Positions 35,906 to 46,537 are shown, counted from the stretch's first letter. The stretch is DNA of 49,872 nucleotides from Euryarchaeota archaeon SCGC AAA252-I15 (GCA_000402775.1 AQSC01000058.1:1-49872); one strand, 5' to 3'. Notes: generated by a model from the letters alone, not told the origin. Made by a program: numbers and translations.

Positions 35906-36321
35906 AGCAGTCTTATTGTAGTTACAGTCATCACGGCGATTATTATCGCGGATAGGAAGCTTGTGAGATTTCTTGCGATGGTGAATCGTCTGCCAAGGGT
36001 TGCAGCCTCCATTGGGGACTGGGCTACGCCCACGGTAACCCATGAGAGAATGAATGCTGTAACAGCTATTAGGCTTACGCCAACACTCTTAAGTTCCCCG
36101 CCGATGATGTAGCTAGTAATAGGGTTCCCCGCTGCAATACTCCCCAAGATAGCTCCAACAAGGGGGTCGGTGAACGTATTCCCCGTGAAAAAATGTCTGA
36201 AGTCTTCAGGCCCAAGTAAGGAGTTTGCAAGTGAAATCAGAAGGAGGACTGCAACAAGTACTGGTAGAAACTGCATGAACCCATTTATGGCCTTTATTAA
36301 AGCCTTTTCTGTTCTATTCAT
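35902..36321 (-). CDS. Permease half (split DUF318-like)
   Basis: GSIAAGNPITSYIIGGEL, FILSWVTVG...PME. Confidence 0.8.
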   Translation of the reverse strand: MNRTEKALIKAINGFMQFLPVLVAVLLLISLANSLLGPEDFRHFFTGNTFTDPLVGAILGSIAAGNPITSYIIGGELKSVGVSLIAVTAFILSWVTVGVAQSPMEAATLGRRFTIARNLTSFLSAIIIAVMTVTTIRLL

Positions 36322-36324
36322 TTT

Positions 36325-37002
36325 TCACTCAACCGTCTTGCCCCACCCCACTCCACCATCTCCCACTTTATCGCCGTACAGGTCTCTTATCTCTTTTTTG
36401 TGTTGAGTGCAGTGTGTTGGCACAATAAATTCCAAGTCCTCCAGTACATCGTACTTGTCGAACCCGTGGAAACCTCCGACCACACCATAAAGGCGGCCGA
36501 ACTCCGAGGCTTTCACAAGTATTTTTTCCAAACCAGGGTGTGAGCAACCCACAACCACTACCAATCCTTTCTTTGTCTCCACGGCGAGGGATTGCTCGTT
36601 TACGCCTTTGTATTCTCCCATGACCTCAAGTTCGCCGGTAGTATGTACACCGGCTATTATCTCTTTCGGGTCTTTTATTTCAACTAACTCTGACTTGTTT
36701 TTTATCTGTTTTTTTAGTTTCTCAGAGAACGAAGTAGGTACTACAACAGTCGTCTCCTCACATTCATTCAAGACATGATTCAATCCCCCAACATGATCCC
36801 AGTGCTGGTGGGAGAGGACTATGGTATCGATCTTCTTTGGATTGATTTTAAGGGCCCGCATATTATACAGTAGATCATTTCCATCCCAGCCGGTATCAAA
36901 CAAGATGTTTCTTCCACCCACTTCTATGTAGGCTGAGAAACCCCAACCTTCCTTTAAACCCCCCTTGAAGACTTCATTGTCGTAGACTATCGTCAACTTC
37001 AT
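36325..37002 (-). CDS. MBL-fold metallo-hydrolase
   Basis: ILFDTG, SHQHWDHVGG, GCSHPG, GGFH, HCT. Confidence 0.9.
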   Translation of the reverse strand: MKLTIVYDNEVFKGGLKEGWGFSAYIEVGGRNILFDTGWDGNDLLYNMRALKINPKKIDTIVLSHQHWDHVGGLNHVLNECEETTVVVPTSFSEKLKKQIKNKSELVEIKDPKEIIAGVHTTGELEVMGEYKGVNEQSLAVETKKGLVVVVGCSHPGLEKILVKASEFGRLYGVVGGFHGFDKYDVLEDLEFIVPTHCTQHKKEIRDLYGDKVGDGGVGWGKTVE

Positions 37003-37049
37003 TCAAACCACCTGCTCCTTCTTTTCATAATTATCGCCGATATAGCTTC

Positions 37050-38069
37050 TTATTCTTTTTCAATCCATTTTCTTCCACTAATATTGATGTCAATCCCGCA
37101 CTCCGGACATTTCCCCCTCCCAATTATGTTTTCTACCGTTCTCATCCCCCTTCTCTCAATTAGAAGCTTTCCACACCCCGGACAGTAGGTATTGTTCCTA
37201 CCGTCACCCACGTTACCTAAGTATACGTATTCCATCCCCAATTCAGTTGCTATACTGTAAGCCGTATCCAAAGTTCCAATTGGGGTTGGGGGAATATCCT
37301 TGACTTTATACGCCGGAAAGAACCTTAGGAGATGGAGGGGTGTTTCTTTTCCCAGGTTATTGATTATCCATTCCACCAACTCCGCAACTTTTTCCATCGA
37401 ATCCCCTATCTTTGGGACAATAAGGTCGGTTATTTCAATGAAAACACCCTGTCTTTTGTATTCTTTTAGGGCACGAAAAATTGGGTCAGGGCTAGGAACT
37501 GAGGAAAACTTTTGCAGAAATTCTTTGTCTCCAGAACCCTTGAAGTCTACTGTTGCTTCATCCAGATACGGAGCTATCTCTTTGATGGGTTCTGGATTCA
37601 TGTAGCCGTTTGTCACATAAGTGTTGTAGAGTCCTTTCTTGTGAGCTAACTTTGCGGTATCATAAGTTAATTCATAGAATATTGTCGGCTCCGTGTACGT
37701 GTAACTTATGCCTTGGCAGCCATGTGCTTTTGCATTCTGGACAATCTCTTCCGGGCTTAACCTTTTTCCCTCTATTTGTCCCTGACTAATAGTCCAGTTC
37801 TGACAGTATTTACACTTCCAATTACAACCTGGCGTGGATATGGAGTAAGTGCGGGTGCCTGGAGCGAAATTATAGGCTGGTTTTTTCTCGATGGGGTCTG
37901 GGGTGGTGGAATTCACTTTATCGTAGACAAGAGAGTAAAGCCTTCCGCCTGTATTCTCCCTAACCCCGCATACCCCTGTTCCTCCTTCAGGGATTAGACA
38001 GTTGAAGGCGCATAAACGACACCTTACTTCATTCCCCTCTAGCTTCTCATAGAACATGGCTTCTCTCAT
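37050..38069 (-). CDS. amrS: AmmeMemoRadiSam system radical SAM enzyme
   Basis: CRLCAFNC, CGVR, DPIEKKP, CNWKCKYCQN, YTYTEP, YVYLGN, TYCPGC. Confidence 0.88.
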   Translation of the reverse strand: MREAMFYEKLEGNEVRCRLCAFNCLIPEGGTGVCGVRENTGGRLYSLVYDKVNSTTPDPIEKKPAYNFAPGTRTYSISTPGCNWKCKYCQNWTISQGQIEGKRLSPEEIVQNAKAHGCQGISYTYTEPTIFYELTYDTAKLAHKKGLYNTYVTNGYMNPEPIKEIAPYLDEATVDFKGSGDKEFLQKFSSVPSPDPIFRALKEYKRQGVFIEITDLIVPKIGDSMEKVAELVEWIINNLGKETPLHLLRFFPAYKVKDIPPTPIGTLDTAYSIATELGMEYVYLGNVGDGRNNTYCPGCGKLLIERRGMRTVENIIGRGKCPECGIDINISGRKWIEKE

Positions 38070-38700
38070 TTTCACCGCCACAATACTGTTTTATCGCGAA
38101 ATATATTGCATTGAGTATGAGCGTTTTGTGACCGATTGTTATGTCGGTGTTTATCAATCTCGTGTCTTGGGATAGTTTTTCTGAATCGAATGCGTAGGCG
38201 ATGTAGTGTGCTAGGGTGGTGGGCACCCGCCCGTAATGTATCACGTTCTTGGGGGGATCGTATCCCACATACAGGTTTACGCCTTCCCTTGCTTCCTCTT
38301 CCATCAACAAGATATTTATTTTACTTCCCTCAGCTGCCTTACCCTCGATTTCCTCCAGGGTTTTTTCATCTACGAGCACACACAGTTTTTTAGGTTCAAA
38401 CTGGTGTTTAACACCTTCTATTATATCCATCAACTCTAGGACTGTCGATGAGACCGAACCTGGACTTTCATAGTCTATTTGGGATTTTAGTTCATGTAAT
38501 CTGGCTTCGGCATCATCCACGCTGTTAATGCGCACTCCGGAAAGAACTTCAACTAAGGGAAGCGGTTTTGGCTTAACCTGGATTGTTCCTGCTTCACGCG
38601 CCAACCTAATCTTGGTTTTTGTTAAACCAAAAAGTTTTTTCAAACCCTTGACAGCGTATTTATCCGTCATAAAGCTCTCCCCCCAAATTGTTTTTCTCAA
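38047..38700 (-). CDS. Hypothetical protein
   Basis: In-operon ORF overlapping both neighbours; no family recognised. Start may be 38670. Confidence 0.7.
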   Translation of the reverse strand: MRKTIWGESFMTDKYAVKGLKKLFGLTKTKIRLAREAGTIQVKPKPLPLVEVLSGVRINSVDDAEARLHELKSQIDYESPGSVSSTVLELMDIIEGVKHQFEPKKLCVLVDEKTLEEIEGKAAEGSKINILLMEEEAREGVNLYVGYDPPKNVIHYGRVPTTLAHYIAYAFDSEKLSQDTRLINTDITIGHKTLILNAIYFAIKQYCGGENERSHVL

Positions 38701-39088
38701 CCATTACACAGACTCCATTCAATACTTTGATTCCTGACTTGCTGCAGAAGTCTAAGGCTTTCTGGGATTCTGAACCGGGCTGCATCCACACATTCTTCAC
38801 TCCCACATTCAAGCATTCTTCAACTATCTTCTCCGTGATTTCGGGGGGGACTACGAGATTTACAACATCGGGCTTGACAGGCAAGTCACGCAAGGAGGGA
38901 AAGCATTTATCCCCGTCGATTTCTTGATTGTTAGGGTTGACGGGATATACTGTATATCCCGCCTCCTTCAGACTCTGATATATCTTGAACCCATACTTTT
39001 CTGTGTTTCTTGAAGCCCCCACCACAGCAAAAACGTTTTTCTTATCCAGAAATCTCTTGATTAGATCATTCATTTTATGGCTCGTCAA
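38660..39088 (-). CDS. CoA-binding (YccU-like) protein
   Basis: AVVGAS...KYG...YPVNP, WMQPG, VCVMVE. Confidence 0.92.
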   Translation of the reverse strand: MTSHKMNDLIKRFLDKKNVFAVVGASRNTEKYGFKIYQSLKEAGYTVYPVNPNNQEIDGDKCFPSLRDLPVKPDVVNLVVPPEITEKIVEECLNVGVKNVWMQPGSESQKALDFCSKSGIKVLNGVCVMVEKNNLGGELYDG

Positions 39089-39137
39089 GTCAGGCCTCTC
39101 ACCCCCTCACAAAGAAGCAACCTCAAATCCCCCCTTC

Positions 39138-39302
39138 TCAGTAACATCTGTTTTCGCATTTCCTGCATTGCCTCTGAATGTTGATGACCGTAAGTACTAA
39201 AAGGAGGACTGGAAAAATCTCTTGGACGCCGATAATATACAAGACTGCTGCTGTTAGAGTCAAAGTAATAGTGTGCCAGCTCGCTAATTCTTTTTTCACC
39301 AG
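39138..39302 (-). CDS. Small membrane protein (possible)
   Basis: GTG start; two hydrophobic segments followed by CRKCENRC. Confidence 0.4.
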   Translation of the reverse strand: MVKKELASWHTITLTLTAAVLYIIGVQEIFPVLLLVLTVINIQRQCRKCENRCY

Positions 39303-39312
39303 GCAAAGCGGT

Positions 39313-39672
39313 TTATTTTCGTTTGAATAATCTGTCGAAAAATCCTGCATTATCATCCTCCACTATTACTTCCTCGGGCATTTCTTCCCCTAGCATTTCA
39401 TACACTATTTTAAGATACTTTTTCTGTGAAGGCGTACCGGTTACGGCACCCCTCTCACCCTTCTTGTTCGTAAATACTATTGTTGGAACACCACGAATCC
39501 CATATGACTGTGCCTTCTTGCGCCCCTTTGGCGTTGCAGTATTCAACTCCGCCCACTTTACCCTGCCGCCAAACTTTTTATTCTCCTTTAGTAACTGTTT
39601 CGTCGCCTTCACTGCTGAAGGACAGTGCGGACACCTCGGGCTCGTGAACACCTCAATCTTCAAGTCGGCCAT
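39313..39672 (-). CDS. Thioredoxin/glutaredoxin-like protein
   Basis: EVFTSPRCPHCP, YGIRGVPT. Confidence 0.9.
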   Translation of the reverse strand: MADLKIEVFTSPRCPHCPSAVKATKQLLKENKKFGGRVKWAELNTATPKGRKKAQSYGIRGVPTIVFTNKKGERGAVTGTPSQKKYLKIVYEMLGEEMPEEVIVEDDNAGFFDRLFKRK

Positions 39673-39674
39673 TT

Positions 39675-40079
39675 TTAAGCAATATGTTGGGTTATTTTTG
39701 GTTCAAGCACTTGCCGGGGGAGGGCCCCCACAATAGTGTCAACATGCTTCCCGTTTTTGAAAACTAAGAGTGCGGGTATACTTTGTATTCCATACGCTGA
39801 AGATGTCTGGCGGTTTTCGTCCACGTTCAGTTTCCCGAACACGATTTTTCCTGCGTAGTCTCGCGCAAGCTCTTCTATTATCGGGCCGATCATCTGGCAG
39901 GGCCCGCACCACGGCGCCCAACAGTCAACGACAAAAAGCGGGTGTTTACCTACAGCCTCATTAAATGTCGCATCCGTTAACACAATTGGTTTGTCAATAA
40001 TTTCACCTGAATTCTTATTTTTCTGCCTCCCAATTAACTCCCTCATCCGTTTTTGGCGGATTTCGTCTAGCTCACCCAT
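39675..40079 (-). CDS. trxA: Thioredoxin
   Basis: WAPWCGPC, GIQSIP; archaeal-style N-terminal ELDEIRQKRM extension. Confidence 0.93.
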   Translation of the reverse strand: MGELDEIRQKRMRELIGRQKNKNSGEIIDKPIVLTDATFNEAVGKHPLFVVDCWAPWCGPCQMIGPIIEELARDYAGKIVFGKLNVDENRQTSSAYGIQSIPALLVFKNGKHVDTIVGALPRQVLEPKITQHIA

Positions 40080-40935
40080 CTTTTAAAACCTCCAAAACAT
40101 TCGACCATACATCCTTTATTATGCCTGAAACACCCTCACTTGCGTGTTCGATTATGGTTTTGCCCTCAATCATTGCTTTCGTGAAGGAAACATCATAAGG
40201 TATTTTACCGACAACCCTGACGCCTTGTTCCTTACAGTATTCTTCTATCTCGTCTGCTTTCTCAGGATTAATGTCATATTTGTTGATGCAAACTACTGCC
40301 GAAACCTTGAAGTGCGCTACCACACCCAGTATCCGCTCCAAATCGTGCAGTCCGGACATGGTCGGTTCGGTAACCACTAAAACTTGGTCCACGCCGCCGA
40401 TGGACGCTATCACCGGGCATCCTATCCCGGGGGAACCGTCTATTATGATTAAATCCGAGTTTTTCTCTTTAGCGATTTCCTTGGCTTTGTTTCTGACAAC
40501 CGTAACCAGTTTACCCGAAGCCTCCTCACCGGGTTGGAGTCTGGCGTGACAAAGCGGCCCAAACCGCGTCTCGGAGATGAATGATTCACCAGCAACTTTG
40601 TCGTGCATTGAGACGGCTGAGACTGGACATACGATGGTGCAGACTCCGCACCCTTCACAGGAAAGCAGGTTGACTTTAAAGTCTTTTATTGCGTTGAACC
40701 TGCATTTTTCCATACATACCCCGCATTTAATACATTTTCCTTCATTGATTACGGCAGTCTCTAACGCCTTGAAGTCTTCTTTAACATTCACCTCTGGTTG
40801 CAGGAGCAGGTGAAGGTCGGATGCATCGACGTCACAGTCTGCAAGCACCTTGTTTTCCGCTAACGCTGCAAACGCCCCGACAAGACTTGTCTTTCCGGTC
40901 CCGCCTTTCCCGCTTATTACCGTCAACTGCTTCAT
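40072..40935 (-). CDS. MinD-family P-loop ATPase with 4Fe-4S insert
   Basis: SGKGGTGKT, DCDVDA, CIKCGVC, CEGCGVC, DGSPGIGCPV, VTEPT. Confidence 0.92.
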   Translation of the reverse strand: MKQLTVISGKGGTGKTSLVGAFAALAENKVLADCDVDASDLHLLLQPEVNVKEDFKALETAVINEGKCIKCGVCMEKCRFNAIKDFKVNLLSCEGCGVCTIVCPVSAVSMHDKVAGESFISETRFGPLCHARLQPGEEASGKLVTVVRNKAKEIAKEKNSDLIIIDGSPGIGCPVIASIGGVDQVLVVTEPTMSGLHDLERILGVVAHFKVSAVVCINKYDINPEKADEIEEYCKEQGVRVVGKIPYDVSFTKAMIEGKTIIEHASEGVSGIIKDVWSNVLEVLKDG

Positions 40936-40963
40936 TGCTCGCTAGCCCTCACATTTTCCATAA

Positions 40964-41665
40964 TCAAACCCATCCCCCGATCATTGCTACACCAAGGCAG
41001 AACATTATGGTACCCGCCGTCAAGTGCAGGTACTTGATGTTCTTATCCTTCCAACCATTAACATCCTCGACTCGGGCGATACCGGCGTAAACGAGCAGGG
41101 TTATGACGATCATGGGAGAGACAAAAATGAGGTTGTATATTAGAAGCCAGGGTATGGTCTTCAGCAGGTCCATTGCAGAGAGTATGCCTCCGGCTATAAC
41201 ATAGGGGCCTATGGTGCAGGGCAATAGGAATATTGTTACGAAAGCTCCTACCGTGAATGCGCCCTTGGGACTTGTTATACCGCCTATTAACTTCTTCAAC
41301 TTCGGCCTCCATGAGAGGGGCATCTCAGTCATAAGTCCTCCTGGCTTGTATTTGAAGAAGTCTTTTACGTTTAATATTCCGAGTATTATTGCAATCAACC
41401 CAAGGATTTTATACAGCCATATCCTCACTGAGGTCAGCATCTGAACCAGCTGGAAGAAACGGATTATTACAAGCCCGTAGAACATGTATAACACGTACAC
41501 GGATGTTGTGAATGCGAGTCCCGCAAGCAGGACATTACGCTTGTCTTTTGGATTGTAGGTTAGTATTGCAATCAACATCAATGTTAAAACAGCCAGTGCG
41601 CACGGATTTACCGCATCAACGGCGGCAAGCGAAATAATCTTCGCCATACTCAAGTCTTCAATCAT
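40964..41665 (-). CDS. CcdA/DsbD-like membrane protein
   Basis: DAVNPCAL, LLPCTIGPY. Confidence 0.85.
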   Translation of the reverse strand: MIEDLSMAKIISLAAVDAVNPCALAVLTLMLIAILTYNPKDKRNVLLAGLAFTTSVYVLYMFYGLVIIRFFQLVQMLTSVRIWLYKILGLIAIILGILNVKDFFKYKPGGLMTEMPLSWRPKLKKLIGGITSPKGAFTVGAFVTIFLLPCTIGPYVIAGGILSAMDLLKTIPWLLIYNLIFVSPMIVITLLVYAGIARVEDVNGWKDKNIKYLHLTAGTIMFCLGVAMIGGWV

Positions 41666-42459
41666 TTCCTTTCACCTCTTGTTTTTTTCTTTGAAATGAG
41701 TAGGAGTATTAGCAAGACGACACCCAAACCCATTATAACGTAGGATGATTTCTCAACGTAGTACCATATCCAACGGTCTCCCACCCTGTCTCCGGATTCC
41801 TCATCCCCGCTAATTTCTTCATCATTCCACTCGATAATCCACCCATCCAGTTTCGCGGCCTTGTTGAATTTCACGCTGCTTCCGGAAAGCGGGACAGTTT
41901 TGGCTTCAATCAATTCCGCATTAGAAATATTTTCAATCATTAATCTTATGTTTTTCGTTGTTAAGAGTTCCTTCAAAACGTCATCTGAAGTCGATTCACC
42001 ACTGGTCCTCATTAATACTCGACTACCCACCCAAATGTTCGGCTTTCCGGGCAAATCATTCAAATCAAGTTCATTGAAAGGTGTATAACCCTCAAGTAGG
42101 GCGCAGGGACTTCCATTAACTAACCTGTCTTTTACGCATCCTTTAACCTTATCTAAAATTGTTTTGTCTCCGACGGTACACCCGTCCTCCATTATTAGCT
42201 GGGGTACTCCCAGCGAGGTATCGTATTCTGAGTTGTGTTGGTACATTACTTGGGCGTTTAAGGATTGCCTGTAGATTTCATACTCTATCACCACGAAGCT
42301 TCCATTGAATTCAACAGGCAACTCACCCAAGACAACAGGGTCTGACTTAGCGCAGTGGGGGCACCCTATTCCAGTGAAGTATACCGCGCAGACTGTGCTT
42401 TGATTTTGCGCGCTCGCAAGCCCCGTTAACAGCAGCAAGAAGATTAAAACCTTCTTCAC
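41662..42459 (-). CDS. Exported thioredoxin-like protein with C-terminal TM anchor
   Basis: Signal peptide, YFTGIGCPHC, GVPQL, C-terminal TM helix plus basic tail. Confidence 0.8.
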   Translation of the reverse strand: MKKVLIFLLLLTGLASAQNQSTVCAVYFTGIGCPHCAKSDPVVLGELPVEFNGSFVVIEYEIYRQSLNAQVMYQHNSEYDTSLGVPQLIMEDGCTVGDKTILDKVKGCVKDRLVNGSPCALLEGYTPFNELDLNDLPGKPNIWVGSRVLMRTSGESTSDDVLKELLTTKNIRLMIENISNAELIEAKTVPLSGSSVKFNKAAKLDGWIIEWNDEEISGDEESGDRVGDRWIWYYVEKSSYVIMGLGVVLLILLLISKKKTRGERK

Positions 42460-43289
42460 TCTAACACCTCCCTTATCTTATCGGACATGTCTCTAAGCAT
42501 TATTTTGTATTCATGAAGTTCCTGCACGAAAGGCACCCCATTTGAGTAGAGTTCGGCTATCCGCCGGTCATGGGGTATCCTCAGAAGTACTCGGATGTCT
42601 TTCTTGTCACAGTATTCAGCCACCTTGTCATCTCCAATACCGTCTTGGTTTATGACAACACCGTGGGGGATGTCCATACTCTCAAGCATGCCCACCGCAA
42701 GCTTCAAATCATTCAAGCCGAATGGTGTCGGCTCGGTCACGAGAATACAGTAATCTGAGTCTTCAACAGCCGATATCGTGGCACAGGAAGTGCCTGGAGG
42801 GGCGTCAATCAAAACGTCCTTGCCTTTTTTTATGTGTTTCTTGAGTTCCCGGATTACTGGCGAAGCTTGAGCTTCCCCAATAGTTAATAGTCCATACGAA
42901 AAGTCAATATTCCCAACGTTGCAATGATTTATCACTCCAATAGCCCGTTCTATCTCGTTTATCGCTTTTTGCGGGCAGACGAGCATGCAGCCTCCGCAGC
43001 TGTGGCAGAGTTCAGGGAAAAACAGGATTACCCCCTTGGTAATGGCTAGTGCGTTGTAGCGGCAGAACCTGGCGCATTCACCGCAGTAGTTACATAAAGC
43101 CTCGTTTATTTCAGGGACTTTAACCTTAACGTCTTCTGACTTTGTTTCCTCCGCCTTAAGAAATATGTGGCAATTCGGCTCCTCCACGTCACAGTCTAAA
43201 AGCTGGACATTACCTAACGCCAACGCCGTGTTGACCGCTAACGTGGTCTTGCCTGTCCCCCCTTTTCCGCTTGCAATTGAAACAATCAT
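42456..43289 (-). CDS. MinD-family P-loop ATPase with 4Fe-4S insert (partner copy)
   Basis: SGKGGTGKTT, DCDVEEPN, CNYCGEC, CHSCGGC, DAPPGTSC. Confidence 0.92.
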   Translation of the reverse strand: MIVSIASGKGGTGKTTLAVNTALALGNVQLLDCDVEEPNCHIFLKAEETKSEDVKVKVPEINEALCNYCGECARFCRYNALAITKGVILFFPELCHSCGGCMLVCPQKAINEIERAIGVINHCNVGNIDFSYGLLTIGEAQASPVIRELKKHIKKGKDVLIDAPPGTSCATISAVEDSDYCILVTEPTPFGLNDLKLAVGMLESMDIPHGVVINQDGIGDDKVAEYCDKKDIRVLLRIPHDRRIAELYSNGVPFVQELHEYKIMLRDMSDKIREVLE

Positions 43290-43299
43290 TATAGTCCTC

Positions 43300-44019
43300 C
43301 TAGTATAACAGTCCCATTAATAGGACGCATATTAATCCGAGTATGATGCTGGCTGCAGAAGCTGCAGGATATTTTCTAATCTGTGCTTCAGGTATGAGCT
43401 CATGAAATGAGATTTGTGTCATAAAGCCTGCGGCCAATGCTAGTGAGACTCCCAGCAATTCAGGGGAGCCGTCTTTGAGTACGGAATATGCGAGGATGAA
43501 TCCCGCCAGTTCAAAGAATATCGTCGCTGCGGTTATGGCAAACGACTTGACTCTGCTTTTTGTAACAGCATAAAGCGGAATTATTGTTGCAATGTTTTCG
43601 GGAACATCCTGAGCCGCTATACCCAACGCAATCGCGAGCCCCACTGACCCTGCGACGGCGAAACCGGAGCCGATAGCCAATCCCTCTGGTAGGTTATGCA
43701 GTGCTATTCCCACAGTAAGCATTAACGCTGTTTTTTTAAGTGACTCCATTTCACTGAACTCTGGATGTATGTGGGGGATTATCCAGTTGAAGACAAACAT
43801 GATGAACACGCCACCGAAAAAAGACACAACTGTGACGCCGACCGAGACAAGCTTCATCGCCTCCGGCACAAGCTGTAACAGTGAGATGCCCACCATCATG
43901 CTCGCGGCAAAAGAAAGGGAAAGACGTAAAAACTTCTCTCCCGGCCTCCAGATCAAACCACTAAGAGCCCCAATTGTCTGGCCGGCGAAAATCAGGAAAA
44001 TAATGATGAACATCTGCAT
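43300..44019 (-). CDS. ZIP (ZupT-like) metal transporter
   Basis: HIHP, GIALHNLPEG, QDVPE, HELIPEA. Confidence 0.9.
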   Translation of the reverse strand: MQMFIIIFLIFAGQTIGALSGLIWRPGEKFLRLSLSFAASMMVGISLLQLVPEAMKLVSVGVTVVSFFGGVFIMFVFNWIIPHIHPEFSEMESLKKTALMLTVGIALHNLPEGLAIGSGFAVAGSVGLAIALGIAAQDVPENIATIIPLYAVTKSRVKSFAITAATIFFELAGFILAYSVLKDGSPELLGVSLALAAGFMTQISFHELIPEAQIRKYPAASAASIILGLICVLLMGLLY

Positions 44020-44020
44020 C

Positions 44021-44944
44021 CTACAGACCCCCCACATACCTGAAGTATTTTTTATTCCCTGTGATACTGCCCGCTATCACACCTTCCCGGCCCAACACCT
44101 CGACGTATTTGACGACCTCGTTTTCATGGAAACCAAGCGCTGAGGAAATATCTGATATGGTGCACGGACGCCTTTTGAGCAGGTTCACTATCAACTCTTC
44201 CCTGCCTCCCTTGTAGGCTTTCACATCCCTCCTGCTGAAGTCTGCGATCACCTCGGCATCAAGGATACCCGCTATATCATCAAGTCTTTTTTGTGTAAGA
44301 GGCCTTGCGTATTCCTCGGCCGGGGGCCTCACGACCGTATTCAACTGTACTTTATCTGGTCGGATGGCCTCTATGGCATGCCGTAACTCACTCAGCTCTG
44401 ACGCGGCATCGTTTATACCCTCAACAAGCATTACCTCCAGCCAGACCTTGGTTTCGAATGATCTCGTAAAGTTGGTCAATCCAACGATTATGTCCTCAAC
44501 CTTTATTCGAGGGTGTGGTCTGTTTAATTTTTCAAATACCAGTTGTGTTGCGGCATCGAGCGATGGGACGATAAGGTCTGCTAAACCCAGTTCTTCCCTG
44601 ACTTTTGAGTCTGTTATGAGAGACGCATTGGTTAATACTGCAACAGGATTGACTGTCAATGATTTAATCCCTTTTATTATTTCCCCCATGCCAGAGTTTA
44701 GTGTGGGCTCTCCGGAGCCGGATAATGTTATGTAATCGCACTCCTGTCCTGATTCTACAAAGTCTTTGATTTCAGAGAGCACTCCGCTCACCGGAACATA
44801 CTCCTTCCGATCTACTATTTTTTCCGTAGTCCTGCCGAGTTGACAGTAAATACAGTCAAATGAACATACTTTAGGGGGCACCATATCCACTCCAAGCGAT
44901 GAACCAAGCCTTCTTGATGGTACGGGCCCGAACAAGTATTTCAC
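44021..44944 (-). CDS. Radical SAM protein
   Basis: FGPVPSRRLGSSLG, CSFDCIYC, SGSGEPTL. Confidence 0.92.
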   Translation of the reverse strand: MKYLFGPVPSRRLGSSLGVDMVPPKVCSFDCIYCQLGRTTEKIVDRKEYVPVSGVLSEIKDFVESGQECDYITLSGSGEPTLNSGMGEIIKGIKSLTVNPVAVLTNASLITDSKVREELGLADLIVPSLDAATQLVFEKLNRPHPRIKVEDIIVGLTNFTRSFETKVWLEVMLVEGINDAASELSELRHAIEAIRPDKVQLNTVVRPPAEEYARPLTQKRLDDIAGILDAEVIADFSRRDVKAYKGGREELIVNLLKRRPCTISDISSALGFHENEVVKYVEVLGREGVIAGSITGNKKYFRYVGGL

Positions 44945-45789
44945 CTCCTACCACCCCTATAAAATACTATGTCCCCCTTCTGTACGCCGACGTCCCGCGC
45001 TATCAAAGGACACTTAGCCATTAACAGGAAGAAGATGTATTCCTCGCTACTCAATCCCTCGTAATTGCCCTGCCCCTTACTCAACACCAAGTCTGCGTTT
45101 CGTAGTTTCTGTAAAAAATTTGGGTCCGTTCTTTCGGGACCCGTTTCTGGAGTACCATTACCGAGGAAATCCACTTCAACCTCGCCTTCCAATCCGCAGG
45201 CTTCAACATCATCTAATGTGGCGTCGTTTATTATGGGCCCCCCCTTAACGACCAGGGTCACCTTCCTGTCACCCAACTCCTCTATCAAAACCCTGTCGAA
45301 TACTAGTTCACCTGCATTGTCGGCCAGATAGTAAATGTTCTTGGCGTCATCGAGACAATCCTTGAACCTGTCGTAGTGGTTGATTGAAAACTCTTTCCCT
45401 AAAACATCCTTGATTGTTGCTTCCACATCAAACACTTGATTTACCCCATAGTCGATAATATTCCCGGCCGCGGCCAACTTGAGCGCAGTATAAAGTCTGT
45501 CATCAGACTCCTCAACGATTTCTTTTAACCATGGATACATTTTCAAGGCCATCTTGTTATCACGTTCCTTAACCGCCTTATAAGGGTCGCTGTTTCCGGT
45601 TATGTCCCTGACTAAACTGTGGACTTTATGAGCTAGCTCTGGTGGCTTGGAGGTGTAGCATATTTTCACCATCAATGTTGCAGTACTCCGTAATACGTCC
45701 TTCTGCAGTTTCTCATTGTCGGTGGCCATTCTCGCCGCTTCAAGCGCCTGCCTCATGAAACATGGGATACAGTCAAGATTGACTTTCAT
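44941..45789 (-). CDS. DUF89/ARMT1-like metal-dependent phosphatase
   Basis: CIPC, DPYK, AGNIIDYG, DNAGE, NDAT, SKGQGNYE. Confidence 0.92.
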   Translation of the reverse strand: MKVNLDCIPCFMRQALEAARMATDNEKLQKDVLRSTATLMVKICYTSKPPELAHKVHSLVRDITGNSDPYKAVKERDNKMALKMYPWLKEIVEESDDRLYTALKLAAAGNIIDYGVNQVFDVEATIKDVLGKEFSINHYDRFKDCLDDAKNIYYLADNAGELVFDRVLIEELGDRKVTLVVKGGPIINDATLDDVEACGLEGEVEVDFLGNGTPETGPERTDPNFLQKLRNADLVLSKGQGNYEGLSSEEYIFFLLMAKCPLIARDVGVQKGDIVFYRGGRR

Positions 45790-45793
45790 TCAC

Positions 45794-46537
45794 TCAAGCT
45801 CCGCCATGTGCGATTATTTTTATCGCCAGCATCAAACCCACCCCGATAAGGAAAAACATAAATGATATCATGGCCTTTTTCATGTCAGCCTCCTTGTGTA
45901 GTTCAGGGATTAAATCAGATGCTGCGATATAGAGGAAACCACCTGCAGCAAACGGCAGCATAAGTGTTTTGAATCCCTCCAGGGGTATAAGATACCCGAC
46001 AACTCCACCGAGAACACAGGTTAGTTGTGAGAGGAAATTGTAGAACAATGCCTTACCTTTACTCATTCCCCCATGCAGTAACACTCCGAAATCCCCCAGC
46101 TCTTGGGGTATCTCGTGGGCTATTATCAAAAAAGAGGTTACTACTCCAAGGCGTACGTCAGCCATGAATGCTGCCGCAATCACCAGCCCATCAATAAAAT
46201 TATGTATGCCATCCCCAAAGAGTATCATGTAACTGTACTCATGTACTTCACATTCCCTCTCATGGCAGTGGTGCCAGTGCAGGAACCTCTCCACCAGAAA
46301 GAAGACGGAGAATCCGGCAATAAGTATTAGAAAAGCCGTATCGACAGTCAATACGGTTAGTGATTCCGCCAGAAGATGGAGCAGACCGCCACCCAGCAAC
46401 GCCCCGGCGGAAAACGAGACCATCACGTAAAGCATCTTCCTGAGGGTTTTCTCGTTCAACAAGAGCGTTACCGCCCCAACAAAAGCGACCAACCCGTCAA
46501 TGAATGTGAAGGCGAGGATCCAGACCAGGATATTCAT
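45794..46537 (-). CDS. ZIP metal transporter
   Basis: HWHHCH, DGIHNFIDG, HEIPQELGDF, SDLIPELH. Confidence 0.92.
   Translation of the reverse strand: MNILVWILAFTFIDGLVAFVGAVTLLLNEKTLRKMLYVMVSFSAGALLGGGLLHLLAESLTVLTVDTAFLILIAGFSVFFLVERFLHWHHCHERECEVHEYSYMILFGDGIHNFIDGLVIAAAFMADVRLGVVTSFLIIAHEIPQELGDFGVLLHGGMSKGKALFYNFLSQLTCVLGGVVGYLIPLEGFKTLMLPFAAGGFLYIAASDLIPELHKEADMKKAMISFMFFLIGVGLMLAIKIIAHGGA

Noticed and set aside
39085-39306. 73-aa ORF, or Sec readthrough of the TGA at 39138
   Set aside because: It overlaps a more protein-like membrane ORF; further stops follow the TGA within a few codons and no SECIS-like element is evident.
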